A stretch of 60,960 bases of DNA from Tidjanibacter massiliensis. GTDB lineage: Bacteria; Bacillota; Clostridia; Lachnospirales; Lachnospiraceae. Below the pieces are notes generated by a model. The model did not search any database. It was not told where the DNA came from and saw nothing but the letters and a program-made list of their open reading frames with translations. Location of the stretch: the NCBI GenBank assembly GCA_963661155.1, contig CAVLAW010000001.1, forward strand, positions 1 through 60,960, given 5' to 3'. Positions 51,000 through 60,279 of the stretch are shown here, piece after piece. Position 1 is the stretch's first letter. Each line of letters starts with the position of its first letter. The position numbers were made by a program, and so were the translations under genes.

Positions 51000-51240
51000 C
51001 AGCGCACCGTATGGAGCAGGGTTCCGCTTCCGATGCTCTCCTTGATCCGGCGCAGAACCGCAATGGCATCCACATTTGCACCGACCAGGGAATCTTCGTT
51101 GGACGCAATCACGCGGTCGCCGCGGGTGATGACGATCGTTCCGTCATCTTTGGTGCTGTAGCCTGCCAGCAGCATATCAAACGAAAGGCTGCACATGCAG
51201 ACTGCCGCAAGAATTCTGCCTTTTTGCTTTTCTTTTTCAT
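51000..51240 (-). pseudogene. chimeric, decayed gene remnant (signal-peptide-like start plus a sensor-kinase-like extracellular fragment)
   Basis: ATG 51240 MKKK is frameshifted relative to RILAAVCMCSL, followed by LLAGY...DGTIVI..GD.VIASN. Confidence 0.5.
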
Positions 51241-51382
51241 ACACTGCCGCTTCCTTTGTTTCCAGATTCCCCCCGCCTGTGCCCCAAAAACAGCCTCTAC
51301 GTACCATTTCCCTGGATTCCGGAAATCAAAAAAACACGACAGGTCATAAAAATACCTATAGTGCTCCCATGGATGGTGTAAA

Positions 51383-51458
51383 GTGCAACTGGCTGCCATT
51401 TCACAGGCCCTATAGCTTTGCGTCACAGGCTTTCGCCTGCTTTGCTAAATATGTAATT
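51383..51458 (-). ncRNA. cyclic di-GMP-I (GEMM-I) riboswitch aptamer
   Basis: Minus strand reads AGCAAA-GCAGGC-GAAA-GCCTGT-GACGCAAAGC-TATAGGGCCTGT...ATGGCAGCCAGTTGC; terminator hairpin plus U-tract at about 51328-51364. Confidence 0.88.
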
Positions 51459-51622
51459 TTCTTGTTGTCCAGTATGGCTTTTTCGCTCTTTTTTATGGCA
51501 AAGATTGTTACATGGACTAATAAATCCGTGAAAATTATAGCGTTATCCGAAATGCATTTCAATTCTTTTTTTTCGACATTTTTTTGAGTTTACGAACCCT
51601 TTGAAACTTGTTATAATTTTAT

Positions 51623-51787
51623 CTAGTACATCGTTTCGTAAATAACTATACCAATCGCGCAGGATGCGGATTCGAGTGTGCAGATAAAAAAACGCAGGCG
51701 TAGCGGGCTACGCTGAGGCTTTTTTATCTGTGCAATCGGATTCGCAGACAAGTGAGTGGTATAGTTATTTCGAAAACGATGTACTAG
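51623..51787. repeat. 165-bp long imperfect palindrome (MITE/REPIN-like) with CTAG ends
   Basis: CTAGTACATCGTTTCG..AAATAACTATACCA / TGGTATAGTTATTTCGAAAACGATGTACTAG arms; apex GCGTAGC-GG-GCTACGC. Confidence 0.85.
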
Positions 51788-51838
51788 TGCGTATTTTATT
51801 TTTCGCTAATTTCTACGCAGGAGAAGGAAGTATTTTTC

Positions 51839-52582
51839 ATGAGTTCACAAAAATCGTATTCGTTTTCCCGCCAGGTTCTCTACAACGGAATCCGCGATGG
51901 TATTCCGATCGGGCTTGGCTATTTTGCGGTTTCGTTTTCACTCGGCATCGCAGCGCGGAAGGCGGGCTTAAGTCCCTTCCAGGGCTTTCTTGCCAGTCTT
52001 CTGAACAATGCGTCCGCCGGAGAATACGCCGCCTTTACGCTGATTGCCGCCAATGCCGGCTATCTTCAGGTCGCCATCATCACATTGATTGCCAATGCGC
52101 GGTATCTGCTGATGAGCTGTGCCCTCGCCCAGCGGTTTTCCCCGGACACGCCGTTTTTCCACCGGCTGCTCGTCGGCTACGATGTGACGGATGAGTTGTT
52201 CGGCATCACGATCGCGCGGCCCGGCTGGCTGAATCCGTATTACACGTACGGCGCGATTCTCATCGCCGCCCCGGCGTGGTCGATCGGAACGGCACTCGGC
52301 ATTATCGCCGGAAATCTGCTGCCGCTGCGTGCGGTCAGTGCTTTGAGCGTTGCGCTGTACGGCATGTTCCTTGCGATCATCATCCCACCGGCGCGGAAAA
52401 GCCGTATCGTGGCGGGGCTTGTCGCCGTCAGCTTTTTCTTAAGTTTTGTATGCCATTATCTGCCGGGTATCTCCAGCCTTTCCGACGGAACCAGAACGAT
52501 TCTTCTGACCGTTCTAATCTCCTGCGCAGGAGCCGTTTTGTTCCCGGTAAAAACAGAGGAGGAAACCGCCGATGTACAATAA
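51839..52582 (+). CDS. azlC: AzlC family branched-chain amino acid exporter, large subunit
   Basis: GIPI.LGY, N.RY.LM and TDE.F motifs. Confidence 0.9.
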   Translation: MSSQKSYSFSRQVLYNGIRDGIPIGLGYFAVSFSLGIAARKAGLSPFQGFLASLLNNASAGEYAAFTLIAANAGYLQVAIITLIANARYLLMSCALAQRFSPDTPFFHRLLVGYDVTDELFGITIARPGWLNPYYTYGAILIAAPAWSIGTALGIIAGNLLPLRAVSALSVALYGMFLAIIIPPARKSRIVAGLVAVSFFLSFVCHYLPGISSLSDGTRTILLTVLISCAGAVLFPVKTEEETADVQ

Positions 52583-52874
52583 TTATATCTATATCGCCGT
52601 CATGGCGCTGGTTTCCTACACGATCCGTATCCTGCCGCTGACACTGATCCGGAAGCCGATTAAAAACCAGTTTATCCAGTCGTTTTTGTACTATGTGCCG
52701 TATGTGACACTGGCTGTCATGACATTCCCGGCGATCGTCAATGCAACACAGAGCCCGATTTCCGGTGCACTGGCGCTCGTTGTCGGCATCGCGGCCGCAT
52801 GGTTCGGGGCAAGCCTATTTCAGGTTTCGGTGGCATGCTGTGCCGTGGTGTTTGTGGTGGAATTGTTTTTGTAA
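52572..52874 (+). CDS. azlD: AzlD family small subunit
   Basis: MA.V.Y.IR.LP and FL.YVP motifs; overlaps azlC. Confidence 0.9.
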   Translation: MYNNYIYIAVMALVSYTIRILPLTLIRKPIKNQFIQSFLYYVPYVTLAVMTFPAIVNATQSPISGALALVVGIAAAWFGASLFQVSVACCAVVFVVELFL

Positions 52875-52897
52875 ATGAATTTTTCTGAACTGTGAAG

Positions 52898-52939
52898 CGG
52901 GCCGCCCGCGGGAAGAATTTTGCTTCCCACGGCGGCCCG
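52898..52939. terminator. GC-rich hairpin at the left boundary of the RraA cassette
   Basis: CGGGCCGCCCGCGGGAA...TTCCCACGGCGGCCCG. Confidence 0.75.
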
Positions 52940-52966
52940 TCTTTGATCTTTTTTTGCGTCTTAAAA

Positions 52967-53617
52967 TCAGATATTACATTTTTTCTCTATGAGCTTATCA
53001 AATCCATAAATTTCCAGCGTTGTTTTTCCTGCTTTGAGCTGCTCTACAATTTCCTGCTCATGCTGGAATTTATCAATCGCTTTCTGAAATACAACATCTT
53101 CCTGTTCCTTTGGAATGACAACGACGCCATCGCAGTCGCCAAAAATAATATCACCCGGATTTACCTGGATTCCTCCGCAATGTACCGGAATATTCATTTT
53201 GGCAAGACTTTCTTTTACGGTACCGGATGGATTAAATGCTCTGACGAACACCGGAAAACCTAATTCCTTAATATCCTCTGCATCCCGGCAGCTTCCGTCA
53301 ATTACCACTCCCGCAAGGCCATATTCTTTGCAGGCTGTTGCCATGATATCGCCAAAATGGCCGGCATTTGTATATCCATGCACATCAAGAATCAGTACAT
53401 CACCTGGCTTTGCGGCGTAAATTGCCTGATGCAGTGCCAGGTTGTCTCCTGGAAAACACTGGGCGGTAAAAGCCCGTCCAATCATCTTCATTTTGGAATC
53501 CACCGGTTTGATGGCAGTGTCCATAACACCCTGATTCGGTACAGAATTATTATTATCTGCAATGTTTCCTGTCGGCAGTTTGATCAATTCTTTTCTTAAT
53601 TCTTCTGTGAGTTCCAT
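52967..53617 (-). CDS. RraA family / HMG-CHA aldolase-like protein
   Basis: GDNL, FGDIM, VIDGSCRD and PGDIIFGD.DGVVVIP motifs. Confidence 0.9.
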   Translation of the reverse strand: MELTEELRKELIKLPTGNIADNNNSVPNQGVMDTAIKPVDSKMKMIGRAFTAQCFPGDNLALHQAIYAAKPGDVLILDVHGYTNAGHFGDIMATACKEYGLAGVVIDGSCRDAEDIKELGFPVFVRAFNPSGTVKESLAKMNIPVHCGGIQVNPGDIIFGDCDGVVVIPKEQEDVVFQKAIDKFQHEQEIVEQLKAGKTTLEIYGFDKLIEKKCNI

Positions 53618-53624
53618 CGTTCAT

Positions 53625-54818
53625 CTACCTTTCTGATATTTTTTTCAATTCATAATTTTCATTGAGAATACCATCTTTTTTATCTTTCCACAGTCTGTAC
53701 GGAACACTGACAATGAGCGGAACAAGCATAACCGGACCGACAATCAGTGTAAATGTGCCATATCCGTATTTGATAATATTCAGCAATCCAAAACTGGAGC
53801 CGAAAGTACAGATCAGGATAAAAAGAATGGCAATCACAAATTTCCGCATGAAAGAAGTGCTGCCCGTCCATTTCTTTTCCATCATAGGCTCGAAACGGTT
53901 GCAGACCGTAAAAATAAAGGCAACCGAACTGGAAAGCATTGCTGCAATGGCAAACACTACATATAAAATCTTTGAAATCCATCCGGAATTGGAAAGATGG
54001 TTGATCGCCCAGAGGGTCGGAATCTCTTCCTGCATAATATCCGGCATACCAGCGGCAAAGATGAACGTAAAAATCATCGTAGAACCCGCACATAAAACTG
54101 CTGTCATGAGGGACTCCATCAGTACGTCTTTTCTTGTTTCTATAATTCCCTTAGAAGCAGGCACGCAGGCTTCATAACCATTCATGAAAAATACAACGAT
54201 CATGAGCATGGAAAACCACGCCTGCGCTCCGGAAAAACCGTATTCCGTATAGGAAATATGCTGCTGCAGATAGGATGTCGCAAGAGGCGCCGCATTTCCC
54301 AGGCAGACCACTGCGACATAGCCGCAGATTACAAGAATCGCAAGTCCAAGAATGGTTCCGACTTTTCGAAGTACATTTGCTCCCCAGAGTGCAAACAGTA
54401 ATACCAGCACACAGAAACCTACCGTACCCACCATTTTCGGCAGGCCAAAGATCTGGTTCAGAAGAACCGCTGTCGTGGAAATCTGCGCGGACAGTGCAAT
54501 TAAAACAACTACAATTACCTGTAATTCTTTAAAGGTTCCAAAGAACATCTGCAGTCCTTTGGGACGATAAATCGTATTGTAAGCTTCCCGATAGGAATTC
54601 GGTTTGTAAATCCGGTTAATCTCAAAGAGAAGCAGATTGAAAACAAAACATAAAATCCCTGCCACGAGAGGTCCAAGGAAAATGCCGATAAATCCCTTGT
54701 TATTAAAATAGGATACGGTCTGTGTACCGGAAGCAAATCCAGGACCTACATATGCGCTGTACATAATTGCGGAAATTGAAAAAATTGCCGCAAATTTTTT
54801 ACCAAATTTTTCCCCCAT
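53625..54818 (-). CDS. YkvI-like membrane transporter (APC-like)
   Basis: VGPGFASG.Q...YF motif, about 10 TM segments, FGL..II..GY motif. Confidence 0.8.
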   Translation of the reverse strand: MGEKFGKKFAAIFSISAIMYSAYVGPGFASGTQTVSYFNNKGFIGIFLGPLVAGILCFVFNLLLFEINRIYKPNSYREAYNTIYRPKGLQMFFGTFKELQVIVVVLIALSAQISTTAVLLNQIFGLPKMVGTVGFCVLVLLFALWGANVLRKVGTILGLAILVICGYVAVVCLGNAAPLATSYLQQHISYTEYGFSGAQAWFSMLMIVVFFMNGYEACVPASKGIIETRKDVLMESLMTAVLCAGSTMIFTFIFAAGMPDIMQEEIPTLWAINHLSNSGWISKILYVVFAIAAMLSSSVAFIFTVCNRFEPMMEKKWTGSTSFMRKFVIAILFILICTFGSSFGLLNIIKYGYGTFTLIVGPVMLVPLIVSVPYRLWKDKKDGILNENYELKKISER

Positions 54819-54827
54819 AGTTTCCCC

Positions 54828-55484
54828 CTATTCTTCTTTGGACTGAAGTTTATGATAACCGAGTTTTTCTCTTGCCGCTTTAAGTGTGCTGCCGGCTCTG
54901 ACTTCTGTAATGATCTTCTGTTCTACTTCCTCAATATGCTGTGCCATTGCGAGAACTTCTTCTGCTTTTTCCTGCGGAACTACAAGCGCACCGGAATCAT
55001 CTCCCAGAATGATATCTCCCGGACGGACCTGAACTCCGGAAATTGCAACTGGAACATTCACTGCGTCAACAGTCACACGTTCTTTTCCAGTGACCATATA
55101 TTTTCCTTTCGTATAGATTCCGTATCCCAGTTCTTTGATTCCGTTTACATCGCGGCAGACGCCGTCGATCAGGGTTCCCTCAATTCCTTTATGTTTGGCT
55201 GTATAAGTCATGATGTCACCCCATACGGTACAGTACGTTCTTCCGCCGTTATCAATTACAACAACCTGTCCAGGTTCTACCTCATCAATGAAATCTCCTA
55301 CATTTCCTTTTCCCATACCGCATGGAATGTAGTGAACCGTAAATGCATCTCCGCAGATTTTATTCCCCTCTACAACGGCCTGAATTCCCAACAGTCCGCA
55401 CGGAATTCCCAGTTTGTCCATTGCATCGGAAATGCTGGCTGTATCCATTTTCTTCATTGCCTTTATTAATTCTTTTTTCTCCAT
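54828..55484 (-). CDS. RraA family / HMG-CHA aldolase-like protein
   Basis: ISDAMD, WGDIM, IDGVCRD and PGDIILGD motifs. Confidence 0.9.
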   Translation of the reverse strand: MEKKELIKAMKKMDTASISDAMDKLGIPCGLLGIQAVVEGNKICGDAFTVHYIPCGMGKGNVGDFIDEVEPGQVVVIDNGGRTYCTVWGDIMTYTAKHKGIEGTLIDGVCRDVNGIKELGYGIYTKGKYMVTGKERVTVDAVNVPVAISGVQVRPGDIILGDDSGALVVPQEKAEEVLAMAQHIEEVEQKIITEVRAGSTLKAAREKLGYHKLQSKEE

Positions 55485-55660
55485 CTTTAAAATCCTTTCC
55501 CTGTGTTATCATTCCATTTTTATTTCAGTACTGAATTGTTACCATGGCTCTTTGCTGTAATTAGAATATATCATCCCTAATATCACTTGTAAAACGAATA
55601 TATTTGATATAAAATATCGGTAGATTCAATATTTATTTTTCCGAAAGGAGCGACTTTCCC

Positions 55661-56581
55661 ATGACTTACGAACAGATAGAAACCTTTCTGACTGCCATCA
55701 CTTACGGCAGTATCTCTGCCGCTGCGAAATATCTGTATGTTTCTCAGTCTACGATCTCTTCCAGAATCCAGCAGCTTGAAACAGAACTTGGCGTCCAGCT
55801 TTTGATCCGTCAGAAAGGGCACCGGAGTATTGAACTTACAAACTATGGCCATGCCTTTATCCCGATCGCCAGCCAGTGGGCATCCCTGTGGAAAGATACG
55901 CAGCATTTAAAAACCATGGACAATATCCAGACATTAACCATTGCCAGCGTAGATGCCGTGAATAACTACACCTTTGTATCCTTTTTTTCAAAATACAGCA
56001 TGGAGACTCCAACGGTCCGGCTGAATATCCGGACGCACCATTCCAATGAAATTTATTCTCTTGTCGAAAGCCGTATTGCGGATATTGGATTTGTGTTTTC
56101 CAGAATTAACTATCCAGACGTGATTAGTAATCCGATTTATCGTGAATTGATGTATTTGATCTGTGATAAAAACAGTCCCTATCATGACAATATACAAAGT
56201 ACAGAATTGAATGCGGAAGATGAGATTTTTCTGAATTGGGGGTTAGATTATCAGAGCTGGCATGACAGTCACTTCAGTCCTGCCGTTCATCCTGTCCTGA
56301 CGGTCAATACCGGCTCCATGCTGCAGCGTTATATTCGTGATAATTTATGGGGGATTGCTCCCATGTCCGTCATACGGGGAGCGATGCGCTCCAATCCGAA
56401 TCTGACCTTTTATAAACTTAAGACACCGCCGCCGCCCAGAATTTGTTATGCAATCCAGAACCGCTATCCGAATATCAATCATCGCAGTGCCATCGAGGAC
56501 TTTGAGCAGAAACTCGAAAACTTTATTTCGACGGACGAAACGATATGCTCCTTTGAAAGCTGGATGCTGGATGCGGACTGA
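55661..56581 (+). CDS. LysR family regulator
   Basis: GSISAAAKYLYVSQSTIS.RI..LE HTH; divergent from the rraA operon. Confidence 0.93.
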   Translation: MTYEQIETFLTAITYGSISAAAKYLYVSQSTISSRIQQLETELGVQLLIRQKGHRSIELTNYGHAFIPIASQWASLWKDTQHLKTMDNIQTLTIASVDAVNNYTFVSFFSKYSMETPTVRLNIRTHHSNEIYSLVESRIADIGFVFSRINYPDVISNPIYRELMYLICDKNSPYHDNIQSTELNAEDEIFLNWGLDYQSWHDSHFSPAVHPVLTVNTGSMLQRYIRDNLWGIAPMSVIRGAMRSNPNLTFYKLKTPPPPRICYAIQNRYPNINHRSAIEDFEQKLENFISTDETICSFESWMLDAD

Positions 56582-56599
56582 TTTTTTATGTATAATATT

Positions 56600-56642
56600 C
56601 GGGCCGCCCACTGGAATCACTTCGATTCCCGCGGGCGGCCCG
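56600..56642. terminator. GC-rich hairpin at the right boundary of the RraA cassette
   Basis: CGGGCCGCCCACTGGAA...TTCCCGCGGGCGGCCCG. Confidence 0.75.
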
Positions 56643-56653
56643 TTTTGTAGGTG

Positions 56654-58183
56654 TTATTTTTCTGTTTCTGTTTTTCTGAAATGATAAACGCTGACCGATG
56701 CCGCCGGCAGTGCAATCTGGAAAGAGTCTTTTTCCCGTGCAGGTGCTTTTCCTTCTTTGCAGCGGACGCGGTCCGGGTGTTTCGCGTCGTTGTAGTTCTG
56801 CGGATCTTTGGAATGCAGTGTTTTTGCATCGACAAATTCCGGGCACTGTTTGAATTTCAGTTCGATTTTCTTGGAGTCGCTGTAGCTCGTGTTGACGAGG
56901 TTGACGTAAATATCGTGATTCTTAATAGAAGCAAATACGCAGACCTCCGGGTCTTTGTTTTTCTCCTCGAAACCAAGGGTATACGCGCCCTGATGCACCT
57001 GATACATGTCGAATACATCGTAGTTCGGTGTCAGAATGCAGTGCTCGCCGTCGGTCAGGAACAAAGAGTTCAAAACGTTGACAGACTGCGCCACGCATGC
57101 CATCCGCACATCCCCGGTGTTGCGGTGGAAAATGTCGAGGGTCAGCGCCGTTGTGACGGCATCCCGCATCGTACACTGCTGATACAGTGCCGGGCGTGCG
57201 TTGAAGGCACTGCTGTGCCAGTTGCCCCACTCGCCGACGATTAGCTCGCATTTTCGCGGTGCAGCCGGGAACGGGCCCTCCGGTTTTGGAAGCGCTTCGA
57301 GTCCGGCATCGATCAGGCGGCGCTGTTCGTGAATGACACTTTCCAGCTCTTTGCATCCGTTGATGACATCGTACCACTGTTTTTTGTCAAATTTCTTCTC
57401 GGTCTGAAGCTGTTTCAGATTCCAGTTGTAAAAATGGAGATCGTAACCGTAAAGCGACGGCATGCGGTATTTTCCCATTTCTTTGAAGAAATCTTTTGTC
57501 CATGCGACACGCTCTTTCGGCTTGTTTCCATCCGGACCGCTGGCGATGCATTTCATCTGGAATGCCTGGTCGCCGCCGCCAAACGACGGACAGGAGGAAC
57601 TGAATTTCCGGTACTCATCGGCATACATCTGCGGTGTCATCTTTCCGCCGCCGTCCCACACTTCATTTCCGATGCCCCAGTATTCGATCTGGAACGGATC
57701 TTTGTGACCGTTTGCTTTTCGTTCCTGTGAGAGCGTCGTTGGTTCTTTGCGGTTGCAATATTCCATCCACTCACGCATCTCCGCCGGAGAACCCGTCATC
57801 ATGTTAATGTTGAACCATGGCTTCGCGCCGATCATCTCACAGAATTCTATCATTTCGTGTGTGCCGAACTGGTTGGAATCAACTTCAAAAGTGCCGAAGT
57901 TTTCATTGTATGTAACCGGCCGCTGATCCCGCGGGCCAATGCCGTTCCGCCAGTGATACACATCCGCAAAACAGCCTCCCGGCCAGCGGATCACCGGCGG
58001 ATGCAGCTTTGCAAACGCATCCACAAGGTCTTTTCGGATTCCATGAACATTCGGAATCTCGGAATCCTCCCCAACCCAGATGCCGTCGTAAATACAGGAA
58101 CCAAGAAACTCAATAAAATGTCCCTGCAGCTCCGGATAAATATATTTCTCCCCCGTCAGTTTTCGAAATGTAATCTTCTGCAT
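56654..58183 (-). CDS. alpha-L-arabinofuranosidase (GH51)
   Basis: GHFIE, RWPGGCFAD.Y.W..GIGP, WGIGNE and AQ.VNVL motifs. Confidence 0.92.
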   Translation of the reverse strand: MQKITFRKLTGEKYIYPELQGHFIEFLGSCIYDGIWVGEDSEIPNVHGIRKDLVDAFAKLHPPVIRWPGGCFADVYHWRNGIGPRDQRPVTYNENFGTFEVDSNQFGTHEMIEFCEMIGAKPWFNINMMTGSPAEMREWMEYCNRKEPTTLSQERKANGHKDPFQIEYWGIGNEVWDGGGKMTPQMYADEYRKFSSSCPSFGGGDQAFQMKCIASGPDGNKPKERVAWTKDFFKEMGKYRMPSLYGYDLHFYNWNLKQLQTEKKFDKKQWYDVINGCKELESVIHEQRRLIDAGLEALPKPEGPFPAAPRKCELIVGEWGNWHSSAFNARPALYQQCTMRDAVTTALTLDIFHRNTGDVRMACVAQSVNVLNSLFLTDGEHCILTPNYDVFDMYQVHQGAYTLGFEEKNKDPEVCVFASIKNHDIYVNLVNTSYSDSKKIELKFKQCPEFVDAKTLHSKDPQNYNDAKHPDRVRCKEGKAPAREKDSFQIALPAASVSVYHFRKTETEK

Positions 58184-58216
58184 ACAAACTCCTCCCATGT
58201 AAGAAATGTCAGTTTT

Positions 58217-58411
58217 TTAAGCTCTTTTTTTATCAGTATTTCTCGACGGATTTACTCGTCGAAATTTAACTGCCCGTTCTGGCGTAGTTTCCGGGCAGTC
58301 TTCATCGAAAACAATTGGCTTTTCTTTCGCGTTTTTTAATTCCTGCAGTTCCTCTTCTGAGAAAGCCAGCTCTTTTAACAGTTTTTCAGACATTCCATTA
58401 GTATTTACCAT
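58217..58411 (-). CDS. putative BrnA-like antitoxin (short form)
   Basis: Overlaps the brnT 3' end; IVFDEDCPE motif. Confidence 0.6.
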   Translation of the reverse strand: MVNTNGMSEKLLKELAFSEEELQELKNAKEKPIVFDEDCPETTPERAVKFRRVNPSRNTDKKRA

Positions 58412-58793
58412 AATAAAGCCCCCTTTCGAAGCTGGTTGCATATCTGGCGGAAATCAACCTGGTCACATCTGTTTCTTCACCATTTTCATTTCGTCTCACC
58501 CGCTCTGTATAAACTACGAATAAAACATCATCCGCAGTTACATTTCCAATCATTACCTCAGCATTGCCAGATAATTGTATATTTCCCGCAGATAAATCAC
58601 CGATTGTATCGTAGCGGTCTTCAAAATCACTATTATCTTCATCGTAATATTCTATTCGATCATAGTCAAAAAATACACGGGCCGCACTTTTAAACGAAAT
58701 TCCATGTTTTTCTATATTAATTCGGTTTTTGTTTTCGTCATATTCAAAAACCATTCCCCCAAGTGAAAAAGTTATAGTTCTGCTGTCTTCCAA
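58398..58793 (-). CDS. BrnT family ribonuclease toxin
   Basis: FEYDENKN..NIEKHGISF, VVYTER and RLISAR motifs; TTG start after AGGAGG. Confidence 0.88.
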   Translation of the reverse strand: MEDSRTITFSLGGMVFEYDENKNRINIEKHGISFKSAARVFFDYDRIEYYDEDNSDFEDRYDTIGDLSAGNIQLSGNAEVMIGNVTADDVLFVVYTERVRRNENGEETDVTRLISARYATSFERGLYYGKY

Positions 58794-58986
58794 ATATTTC
58801 CTCCTGTTAAACGTATTCTGGTGTTTTTATCGTATCATTTTCCAGTAAGATCGTCAACAAATTACCTTTCAAAGCGCAAAATGCAATTCTATACTTGACA
58901 TCTGATATTATCAGTGATATATCATTAATATAATCAGATACAAGATTTACCAATTAAGAAAGATAAACTCACACAGGAGAACTTTG

Positions 58987-60279
58987 ATGGATCAGAAATT
59001 ATACGACAGTTATGTAAGGATTTTAAAGAATGAACTTGTTCCGGCGCTTGGGTGTACGGAGCCGATTGCGATTGCGTATGCGGCGGCGAAGGCACGTGAA
59101 GTGCTCGGGCAGATGCCGGAGGCGATTGAGCTTTGCTGCAGCGGAAATATTATTAAGAATGTAAAGGGTGTTAAGGTTCCAAATTCCAATGGCCTGAAGG
59201 GAATTGATGTTGCGGCGACGCTCGGTGTTGTCGGCGGACGGGCGGAGCGTGAGCTGGAAGTTCTGGAGGATGTGACTGAAGCCGATATCGAAAAGACGAA
59301 AGAACTGGTACAGCAGGGATTTTGTACCTGTACGTTAAAAGAAGGCGTTGAAAATCTTTACATCGTTGCAAAGGTCATCGCCGGAGAACACAGCGCGGAG
59401 GTTACCATTGTCAACCGCCATACGCTGATTTCCCGCATCGTAAAAGACGGCGAGGTGCTCTACCAGATTGCGGCGCATGAGGATTCTCCGGAATACGTGG
59501 ATAAAAGCGTGCTGAACGTCAAAGACATTCTTGAATTTGCTGATACTGTGAAAATCGAGGATATCAAAGAAATTCTCGACCGTCAGATCACCATGAACTC
59601 TGCGATTTCCGATGAAGGTCTGCGTCATCCATACGGCGCACAAGTCGGCCGCACACTCTTAAATGAGTATGGCAATGATGTTAAAATCCGCGCCCGTGCC
59701 CGTGCAGCCGCGGGATCCGATGCGCGTATGAGCGGCTGTTCCCTCCCGGTTGTCATTAATTCCGGCAGCGGAAATCAGGGTATGACGGTTTCTCTTCCGG
59801 TGATCGAATTTGCAAAAGAATGGAACGTATCTCAGGATAAACTGTACCGCGCACTCGTTGTCAGCAATCTGATTGCGGTTCATCAGAAAAAGTATATCGG
59901 AAGTCTCTCCGCTTACTGCGGTGCCGTCAGCGCTGGCTGTGGTGCGGGAGCTGCCATCACGTATCTTTCCGGCGGAAATTATGAGGACGTCAGCCTGACG
60001 ATTGTCAACACCATCGGAAATGTCGGCGGTATCGTCTGCGACGGAGCAAAATCTTCCTGCGCAGCAAAAATCGCATCCGCCGTTGATGCCGCAATCCTGG
60101 CGCACTACATGGGCCAGCACCACAGAAGCTTCCAGCCGGGCGAGGGTATCGTGCGGGAAGATGTCGAGGATACGATTAAAAGCATGGGATATATTGGAAG
60201 AGTCGGTATGAAAGATACCGATACGGAGATTCTGAATATTATGATTGACCGCGTGGATATTGACGAAGTTTGTAAATAA
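58987..60279 (+). CDS. L-cysteine desulfidase-like protein (CyuA/YhaM, serine dehydratase alpha family)
   Basis: PALGCTEPIA, SDARMSG, SGSGNQG and CDGAKSSCA.K motifs. Confidence 0.9.
   Translation: MDQKLYDSYVRILKNELVPALGCTEPIAIAYAAAKAREVLGQMPEAIELCCSGNIIKNVKGVKVPNSNGLKGIDVAATLGVVGGRAERELEVLEDVTEADIEKTKELVQQGFCTCTLKEGVENLYIVAKVIAGEHSAEVTIVNRHTLISRIVKDGEVLYQIAAHEDSPEYVDKSVLNVKDILEFADTVKIEDIKEILDRQITMNSAISDEGLRHPYGAQVGRTLLNEYGNDVKIRARARAAAGSDARMSGCSLPVVINSGSGNQGMTVSLPVIEFAKEWNVSQDKLYRALVVSNLIAVHQKKYIGSLSAYCGAVSAGCGAGAAITYLSGGNYEDVSLTIVNTIGNVGGIVCDGAKSSCAAKIASAVDAAILAHYMGQHHRSFQPGEGIVREDVEDTIKSMGYIGRVGMKDTDTEILNIMIDRVDIDEVCK

Noticed and set aside
50857..51460. c-di-GMP riboswitch controlling ispE-gntR-gerA by read-through
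   Set aside because: A terminator-like hairpin at 50971-50999 separates the remnant from ispE.
17118..51787. Hairpin repeats as a CRISPR array or tRNAs
   Set aside because: There is no regular repeat-spacer periodicity, no cas genes, and no cloverleaf or T-loop signature.
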